This document shows, piece after piece, positions 16,612-23,215 of a stretch of DNA of 23,215 nucleotides. The stretch is from Promethearchaeota archaeon (GTDB lineage: Archaea; Asgardarchaeota; Lokiarchaeia; Sigyniarchaeales; SOKP01). Below the pieces are notes generated by a model that saw nothing but the letters and a program-made list of their open reading frames with translations, made no database searches and was not told where the DNA came from. The stretch is from positions 1 through 23,215 of the forward strand of contig SDNY01000051.1 in the NCBI GenBank assembly GCA_004524535.1, read 5' to 3'. The translations under genes and the position numbers were made by a program. The first letter of the stretch is position 1, and every line of letters starts with the position of its first letter.

Positions 16612-17532
16612 TTACTTAAAAAATTTTAGAAATTTGTCTGCGATTTCGAAACTTGAAATTTTAGCAGTATGTTTTACAAATTCCCAAACATCTTTTTTTA
16701 TTTTATAACGCTTGTAAGGTTCTAAATCTTCTAATTTGTTGAATTTTTTAAATCCGTAATAATCATAAATATATATTCTTTTTTTCTTTAGATAGCTACA
16801 TATTGTAATATCTTCCTTCAAACTTCGATATCCGTCTTTTATATCTCCTAAAAAGATATTATCTCCCTCTTTTTTAGCGTTTTGATAGAACCAAAAATCA
16901 TTATATTCTTTTTCTCTACCCTCTGGAACTCTATACATCATTTTTATGGTTATATCTTCGTCAATCTCATCGAAAGGCACGTTCCGAGTTATCTTTTCAA
17001 TTTCATAAGCGGATGATATTGATCTAATAATTCCAAATCTTTTATTATCACTGTGTACAGAATTTATAAGACGATTATAATCACTAATTGCTTTTATCAT
17101 TTCATTTTTATTAGGATTCTTATTAAAGATATAAGTTAATTTTTTGTTCAATGGGAGGTTCTTAATATTTTTTCGATATTTGTTCGATATCTCGGCGTCA
17201 ATATAGATTTCCTTAACATATTTGAATATCTTATTGTTTCTTAGCATTTTATAGATTTCTTTAAACTTATGCGAGTTATCTAAATGTGCGAAATCTTTAT
17301 CCAAAATACACACATTAATCCCTATATTATTATCTATTAGGGATTGAATCCTATTATAACACTTTGCCTTCATTGTATGCTTTCCAAGCGCAATTACAAA
17401 TTCTATCCCGCTTTTACTAAAATTATTTAAAATATCGTCGTCTTTGGGAAGTCTGAAAGGATCTGACCAAAAAAAATATTTTAATTTGGTTTTTGGTCTG
17501 ATTTCAATATATTTCTTGCTTTTTTTATCCAT
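16612..17532 (-). CDS. Hypothetical basic alpha/beta protein, possibly a glycoside-hydrolase-like TIM barrel
   Basis: 306-aa ORF with alternating strand/helix pattern (YFFWS, FVIALG, INVCIL, IYIDAE, FGIIR, MMYR, IFLG, IYIYD). D-x-E at the end of the fourth strand. Function is tentative. Confidence 0.55.
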   Translation of the reverse strand: MDKKSKKYIEIRPKTKLKYFFWSDPFRLPKDDDILNNFSKSGIEFVIALGKHTMKAKCYNRIQSLIDNNIGINVCILDKDFAHLDNSHKFKEIYKMLRNNKIFKYVKEIYIDAEISNKYRKNIKNLPLNKKLTYIFNKNPNKNEMIKAISDYNRLINSVHSDNKRFGIIRSISSAYEIEKITRNVPFDEIDEDITIKMMYRVPEGREKEYNDFWFYQNAKKEGDNIFLGDIKDGYRSLKEDITICSYLKKKRIYIYDYYGFKKFNKLEDLEPYKRYKIKKDVWEFVKHTAKISSFEIADKFLKFFK

Positions 17533-17588
17533 TATAATAGAAGAGAAGTTTAAGAAATTTATTCTATTGCTTATAGGAGAATTAGGTT

Positions 17589-17601
17589 AAAAAAAAAAAA
17601 A
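17589..17601 (-). terminator. T13 tract, archaeal-type intrinsic terminator
   Basis: A13 on + (T13 on -) beginning 6 nt after the stop codon at 17607. Confidence 0.55.
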
Positions 17602-17606
17602 GAGAT

Positions 17607-18431
17607 TTATTCTTGAGAATAATTTGCTTTTAAACAAAAACCTAAAAAGATAATTAAGAATACAAAGAAATCGATCATTTCAGCAGTGAATATATACGTT
17701 GGCGTTTCACCAAAGATAATTTGTAATACTACTCTCGCAATGTTAGATATAAACCATGCTATAAATCCGATTGCGATGATTAAAGGATGAACCTGAGAAA
17801 GTCTTTTGTTTTTATAAGCAAATAAAAACATCCATATGATTACAAGTATTGAAGGGATAACGATACAAGGCAATAATATACCCATGATTATTAAGGTAGG
17901 TGCTAAAATCACAGCAGTGGTTTCAATAGCCACAATCAATAACATAATTCTCAACGTAATTTTATTCCTCTGTTTTTCATCGCCAGTAGATTTCCCGCGT
18001 AAAGATCTTAAATATAAGATCATATTAATACTTAGAAATATTAGAGGGGCCATTTCTAAAATAATTATAAAAAACCGAATTTTTAATAAAAACATCACAA
18101 AATCATCGTTGAAAGTAAAAAATGTAAGGTCCCAGAACAGATCTAAGATTTTACCAAATGCCAATAGAAGCAGAAAAATTCCAAATAGAAAGGGGATATC
18201 CGAAAGATACTGTTCTTCTTGCTTAAACCATCTATGGAACATATAATAAGACATGACTGATATAAAACCAATTCTAATTAAAATGATTATAACTACTGGC
18301 CACGCTCCTTCTGTATGAGTAATTGCCTGTTGTATTTCTCGAAGATATAAAAAATATAGCAGTAATAACGGTACTAGTCCCGATACAACAATTATCAATA
18401 ATAAAATTTTATAAGTCCGTGCTTTTGTCAA
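17607..18431 (-). CDS. 7-8 TM integral membrane protein, paralogue of 10330-11136
   Basis: About eight hydrophobic segments. TTG start with AAGGT 8 nt upstream. Extensive colinear similarity to the + strand paralogue. Confidence 0.85.
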   Translation of the reverse strand: MTKARTYKILLLIIVVSGLVPLLLLYFLYLREIQQAITHTEGAWPVVIIILIRIGFISVMSYYMFHRWFKQEEQYLSDIPFLFGIFLLLLAFGKILDLFWDLTFFTFNDDFVMFLLKIRFFIIILEMAPLIFLSINMILYLRSLRGKSTGDEKQRNKITLRIMLLIVAIETTAVILAPTLIIMGILLPCIVIPSILVIIWMFLFAYKNKRLSQVHPLIIAIGFIAWFISNIARVVLQIIFGETPTYIFTAEMIDFFVFLIIFLGFCLKANYSQE

Positions 18432-18560
18432 CCTATATTACCTTTTTCATTATAAATTTTATTTATATATAGAATATATTAATAAATTCACTTAAAATCA
18501 TAAAAACCTAACGTATTTTTTTTTTAATAAAATTCTAATATTTTGGATTTTAAAATAGAC

Positions 18561-19253
18561 TTAATAAATTTTTTCTAATTTAAGCAAATAAAATCCTTGA
18601 ATCAAGAAACAAATAATAAAACTATACATTGTAAACTTTTGTAAACTGACTTGAAATACTAATGATTCGAGGCTATTTGCACTATATTTCAGAAAAGTTA
18701 TGATGAGTAAATTAATAAATGTAAAAGAAAAAACAATCAATAAGATTAATGCCATTCTATTAGAATATTGCTCTTTGAAGATAATTGCGATTGCATATAA
18801 TAATATTGTAATCACTCCTGTAGCAGTAAAAATTAATCCACATAAGACATGAAAAGAGCCATATACGTCCCATGGAGTAAGATAACCTACTAACATGAAA
18901 ATTCCTGAAATTATTCCTAAAATCATAATAAAATTTGATATTGTTTTTATTTTTGGCTCATCTTTTAATATATCTCTTAATGTTATGACAAATAAAATAA
19001 GTGAAATAGAAAAGAACAGCCCAGCAATAGTATAAAGAATTAAAGATATAATATTTGACTTCCCTGAGATAGATTTAATTCGCCCTAAATCACTGATAAA
19101 ATTAATAAAAAATGAATATGTTTTAGTGTTTGGATTTACACTATTACCCCCTGTATAAAAGAACATAGCAATTGTAGTCAGTATTAGATATTGGATTATC
19201 CCTGTTATTACTAATAAAAAAGATAATTCGTGCCAATTATGAATTTTCATCAT
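18561..19253 (-). CDS. DUF998-family membrane protein
   Basis: YSFFINFISDLG signature after TM1, conserved His (SFHV) before TM4, QK in the last helix, about 6 TM segments. Confidence 0.75.
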   Translation of the reverse strand: MMKIHNWHELSFLLVITGIIQYLILTTIAMFFYTGGNSVNPNTKTYSFFINFISDLGRIKSISGKSNIISLILYTIAGLFFSISLILFVITLRDILKDEPKIKTISNFIMILGIISGIFMLVGYLTPWDVYGSFHVLCGLIFTATGVITILLYAIAIIFKEQYSNRMALILLIVFSFTFINLLIITFLKYSANSLESLVFQVSLQKFTMYSFIICFLIQGFYLLKLEKIY

Positions 19254-19452
19254 AATTTATTTTTATTTAATTTTAGAAATGATTTTGTGCCTAAATATAA
19301 AAACACCACGAGAGAAAATTTTTTACTTTCTACAGAAAATATTAAAAAGAATTTTTTATAACAATATATAAATCAAAAATTAGAAAAATATTAAGACTTA
19401 ACAAATTAAAAAACTATTAGGAGAATCAGATAGTACTTTTTTATAAGAAACC

Positions 19453-20349
19453 ATGATGTTCTTTGAAATTCTGGATAAATTAAAAAGGAAAAGCGCCTCG
19501 TTAATAATATATTGTTTGTTGGATAGAATTCCAATAATTGTGTTTGGAGACAATTCTGATGAAATAGATGATTTTTTAATGGAATTATCAAACCTTATTC
19601 ATTTTCGAAGAGAATATGTATTTAATACAGATTTTATCTCGATTGAAGACTATAATAATTTAATTGAAACAGAAGATATGGATTATAATGCTGAGAGGGT
19701 ACATATAAGATGCTCTAGCAATGTCGCTTTGAAAGCTTTAAATCAATTTAATGAGATTAATTCTTGGATGATAGGAGTAGTGGCTCCTAAACATAATGAG
19801 AATTTAGAAGAGATAAAAAATCTAATTAAAGAGAAATCTAAAGTATATCTGAGCATTTTACTCTCAGCTGACACGATATCTGTAGAATTAGAGGGGACCT
19901 ATTCAAAACTAATTGATCTTTCATTAGAAGAAAATATCCTACGGAAGATTTCTGAAGATACAGAGAAATCAATAGTAAAAATGAAAAGAGTTTTATCTGA
20001 GAGAACTAAATCAGACAAACTGAGTAAAGAAATAATTAAAACTCTATTAGATTTTGAAACAGAAAAGAATGAATTAATAAAAAATATTTTTAAAAAAGAA
20101 ATTCAAAATTTCTATTCAGGATCTAAAAGAGCTTTTTTCATTTTATCTAGATTAAGATTATTGACAACTATGGAAATTGAAACTAAAATTGGAAACAAAA
20201 CCCTTTTTGAAACAATAGATTACGATGAAGCTACGATAAATCGAATACTATCTTTTATTAATCGAGAATGGAAAGAAGATTTTTCCGATTTAATTGAATC
20301 TGGCAAAAAGGTAGATATAGGAGATAAAATTCAAAGCCTTTGGGGTTAA
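19453..20349 (+). CDS. Putative stand-alone DENN-like protein (cDENN alpha/beta core plus helical C-terminal region)
   Basis: SLIIYCLLDRIPIIVFGDNSDEIDDFLMELSNLIHFR matches the helix-strand-helix start of cDENN (l..lL.e..Ivv.s.......v..L..ll.P). SWMIGV matches the 'p.liGv' strand, followed by a beta hairpin and an all-helical C-terminus. The CDS is secure; the family call is by eye. Confidence 0.6.
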   Translation: MMFFEILDKLKRKSASLIIYCLLDRIPIIVFGDNSDEIDDFLMELSNLIHFRREYVFNTDFISIEDYNNLIETEDMDYNAERVHIRCSSNVALKALNQFNEINSWMIGVVAPKHNENLEEIKNLIKEKSKVYLSILLSADTISVELEGTYSKLIDLSLEENILRKISEDTEKSIVKMKRVLSERTKSDKLSKEIIKTLLDFETEKNELIKNIFKKEIQNFYSGSKRAFFILSRLRLLTTMEIETKIGNKTLFETIDYDEATINRILSFINREWKEDFSDLIESGKKVDIGDKIQSLWG

Positions 20350-20568
20350 AATATTCTCTCTCTTTTTGTTTAACTGAAAATATATTTTATTATGATTATA
20401 AATCTTAGAATTGCGAAGAATTTGTTCTAAAAATAATTATTAATTATTGCCGTTTATTTTATAAATACAAATAATTATGATTTATTTATAAAAAAAAACA
20501 TCTAATTTATTATAGCTTATAATTTCTTCAACAAAACTTTATTTTTTACGAATTTTAGTGTATATATA

Positions 20569-22968
20569 ATGAAAGCTGAGCCTATATTAAAAAGAACTTT
20601 AAGATTGAAAAATAATCTATTGTCAAGTCCTTACGAGATATGCCTAGAACGAATCAAATCTGTTACCAAAATCTATAATGAAAATAAAGAGGACCCTGAA
20701 ATCATAAAAAAGGCAAAAGCTATTGCTCATTTATTAAGAAATATGACGATCTTTATTCGAGACGATGAGTTACTAGTTGGGAACGAAACTAGTAAAAATT
20801 TGGCAGAAAAAATCAATTGTGATTTATTTTCTTATGAAGGGGCTTTTAGTAAAAGAGATAATATTAAAAAATTTGTAGAACGAAAACTCCAACCTTTTAA
20901 AATTGAAGACCATGAAATTGATGAATTATTAGATCTAATTCCAATTTGGAAAGGTAAGGCGTTATATAGTAATATAATATATCAAAGACTATTAAAAGAG
21001 AATTTAATTTCAGGAAATGGATTAAATGCATCAATGGCACCTAGTATCGCCGTTTTATCTGGGACCAATGAAGGTCATATATCAATGGGATACGAAAAAC
21101 TTCTAAAATTAGGATATAATGGAATTATTAAAGAAGCAGAATCGTATCAAGAACTTCTAGATAAGAACGATCCTGAATATAATGAAAAAAACGACTTTTA
21201 CGAAGCTGTGAAGATTTATTATACTGCTGCGATTGATTTCGCCATGAGATATTCAATTCTAGCTGGTGAAATGTCTCGAGAAGAAAAAAATCAACAGCGA
21301 AAGAACGAGCTTAATTTAATCGCCAAAACTATGAAATCTATCGCAATTAAACCTCCCACGTCTTTTTATGAAGCAATCCAATATATTTGGTTTACTCAAA
21401 ATATTGCAAATATCATATTTTCTAGAAGTGTATTAGCCTTAGGGAGATTAGATCAAATACTGTGGCCATATTATCAAAAAGATTTGAAAGACAATAGAAT
21501 ATCTCAAGATTTGGCTCTCGAATTGATTGAAGAATTGAATTTAAAATTAACTTGGAATTGTACATTATTACCTACGGATTACACTACCATATCGAACGCT
21601 CTCGGTTTGAACACACAAACTATTACAATATCGGGTATGGATAAGGAAGGAAAGGATGCTACAAATGAGATTTCGTATCTTTTTCTAGAAGCCTATAAGA
21701 ACATCAAATCTCTTACCTCGGATTTATCCATTAGAGTTCATGAAAATACTCCTAAAGAATTTTACATGGAGAGTATAAAGGTGTTCAAGAAAACCTCTGG
21801 TATCGCTTTTTATAACGATGATGAAATAGTTCCAGCTCTAGTTAAATCAGGTTATTCCTTAGAAGATGCTCGTGATTACGTCCTTATTGGATGTGTAGAA
21901 CCAACCGGGCAAGGGAATTCTTTTGCAGCGACAGGTAGGATGTTTTTGAATCTACCGGGTGTATTAGAGTTCACTTTAAATAATGGATATAGTAATGTAT
22001 CTAGACAGATTGATGGTTTAGAAACAGGAGATCCCGGAACTTTTGCAACATTCGAGAGTTTTTATGATGCTTTTGTACGACAACTCCACTTTAATATCGA
22101 AAAAACCGTGAAAATTGCTAGAATAGGGGATGAAGAAGTGATAAAAAATTTCCAACAACCTTTTGTTTCTGCTAGTATCGAGGGCAGTATGGAAAGTGGG
22201 AAAGATTACACATCCAGTGGGGCTAAATATAATTTTTCTTCTATAACCGCTTATGGTTTTGCGACTTTAGTTGACTCTTTTTATATTATAAAAAAAGTTA
22301 TTTATGATGAGAAGATAATGTCCTTGCCAGAATTAATTGAAATATTAAACTTAAATTTTAGAAGAAAAGAAAATATTCGGCAAAGTTTTATAAATAAATA
22401 TGAAAAATGGGGCAATGATAATGACGATATCGACAAATTAGCAGTTAGATTGTGGGATACTTTTTGCAGTGAAGTTATTAAACATAGAACCATAAGGGGA
22501 GGTCATTATAATCCTGGGGCTTATTCAATGGGAATTCATGTGATGGTCGGCTTTATAACAAGGGCGTCAGCTGACGGAAGGAAAGCAATGCATCCCCTTT
22601 CAAATAGTTTGTCTCCCGTAAATAATGTTGAAAAAAGTGGAATCACAGCGACACTTAACTCTATAGCGAAATTAAATTATGAATTGGCCGCTAATGGCGT
22701 AGCTGTTAACGTGCGATTTCATCCCCTCAACTTTGAAACTGAGGAAAATGTAGAAAAATTTTATCATCTCTTAAATGGATATTTCAGTTCAGGTGGAATG
22801 CAAATTCAACCTACTGTTGTTTCGACTGAAACTCTTAAAGATGCTCAAAAACATCCTGAAAACTATCCCGATTTAGTTGTAAAAGTCGGAGGATATAATG
22901 CGACCTTTGTTGATCTAGGAATTCCCATTCAAATGGACATCATCGATCGTTTAGAAAACAATTTGTAA
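20569..22968 (+). CDS. Glycyl radical enzyme (PFL2 / dehydratase-eliminase type), substrate unknown
   Basis: I...ELLVGN, P.SFYEAIQ, LGRLDQ.L.PYY..D, Cys loop IGCVEP (C442), KWGND, DGR, LS.SLSP, L.DAQKHPENYPDLVVKVGGY (radical Gly G775). 799 aa. Confidence 0.93.
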   Translation: MKAEPILKRTLRLKNNLLSSPYEICLERIKSVTKIYNENKEDPEIIKKAKAIAHLLRNMTIFIRDDELLVGNETSKNLAEKINCDLFSYEGAFSKRDNIKKFVERKLQPFKIEDHEIDELLDLIPIWKGKALYSNIIYQRLLKENLISGNGLNASMAPSIAVLSGTNEGHISMGYEKLLKLGYNGIIKEAESYQELLDKNDPEYNEKNDFYEAVKIYYTAAIDFAMRYSILAGEMSREEKNQQRKNELNLIAKTMKSIAIKPPTSFYEAIQYIWFTQNIANIIFSRSVLALGRLDQILWPYYQKDLKDNRISQDLALELIEELNLKLTWNCTLLPTDYTTISNALGLNTQTITISGMDKEGKDATNEISYLFLEAYKNIKSLTSDLSIRVHENTPKEFYMESIKVFKKTSGIAFYNDDEIVPALVKSGYSLEDARDYVLIGCVEPTGQGNSFAATGRMFLNLPGVLEFTLNNGYSNVSRQIDGLETGDPGTFATFESFYDAFVRQLHFNIEKTVKIARIGDEEVIKNFQQPFVSASIEGSMESGKDYTSSGAKYNFSSITAYGFATLVDSFYIIKKVIYDEKIMSLPELIEILNLNFRRKENIRQSFINKYEKWGNDNDDIDKLAVRLWDTFCSEVIKHRTIRGGHYNPGAYSMGIHVMVGFITRASADGRKAMHPLSNSLSPVNNVEKSGITATLNSIAKLNYELAANGVAVNVRFHPLNFETEENVEKFYHLLNGYFSSGGMQIQPTVVSTETLKDAQKHPENYPDLVVKVGGYNATFVDLGIPIQMDIIDRLENNL

Positions 22969-23088
22969 TATAAAAACGTAAAAAGTTATTTTGCATAGGG
23001 TTTAAATATAGTTTATTTTATTATTAAACTATTATTTACTATTCTATTAATTTAAATAACAGGAAAAACATTAAAAAAAGGATTAAAT

Positions 23089-23215
23089 ATGGAAGATATT
23101 GAGATTCTGATTGGTAGTTTTAGTTTAATTTTTTGCATTATTTCAACTGTTATAGGTCTTATTGTCGCATCAAAATATCGTAAATATAAACAAAATACTT
23201 TGCTTTATGTGGGAC
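23089..23215 (+). CDS. Membrane protein, 5' fragment (runs off the window)
   Basis: Not in the ORF track. ATG at 23089 after AAGGA; MEDIEILIGSFSLIFCIISTVIGLIVASKYRKYKQNTLLYVG gives one TM helix, a basic loop and the start of a second TM, open to the window end. Confidence 0.75.
   Translation, partial: MEDIEILIGSFSLIFCIISTVIGLIVASKYRKYKQNTLLYVG

Noticed and set aside
17836-18246. 136-aa + strand ORF
   Set aside because: Antisense shadow of the membrane protein gene.
19406-19591. 61-aa - strand ORF
   Set aside because: Overlaps the start of the DENN-like gene in antisense; no support.
22302-22493. 63-aa - strand ORF
   Set aside because: Antisense within the GRE gene.
20569-22968. Calling the GRE pyruvate formate-lyase (pflB)
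   Set aside because: It lacks the Cys-Cys pair required by PFL and has GCVE instead.
1-23215. tRNA/rRNA genes, IS elements, selenoprotein TGA readthrough
   Set aside because: No GC-rich structured intergenic segment, transposase ORF or terminal inverted repeat was seen. The TGA stop at 2741-2743 closes a complete vWA domain and abuts a convergent gene.

Overview
Very AT-rich (roughly 25-30% GC by eye), gene-dense prokaryotic window. Gene content and signals suggest an Asgard archaeon, probably Lokiarchaeia; this is inference from the archaeal-type Smc, AGGTG-type RBSs, oligo-T terminators, a DENN-like protein and lineage-type multi-TM proteins. Left to right: 5' part of an MmgE/PrpD-family gene (-, missed by the ORF track); HExxH-peptidase/vWA protein; scpB and smc, overlapping, with no scpA kleisin in the window; small protein with a duplicated helical motif; coiled-coil protein with a 21-nt tandem repeat; CoiA-like nuclease divergent from a putative Whirly/PC4-fold protein; two paralogous 7-8 TM proteins facing each other and enclosing an MFS transporter, a 1208-aa putative multi-Lrp/AsnC-like protein, a 38-aa signal-peptide-like ORF and an unknown 306-aa protein; DUF998 membrane protein; stand-alone cDENN-like protein; glycyl radical enzyme with an atypical KVGGY radical loop and no adjacent activase; start of another membrane protein. 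No rRNA, tRNA, CRISPR array or transposase was seen. All family calls come from motifs read by eye, not from database searches.
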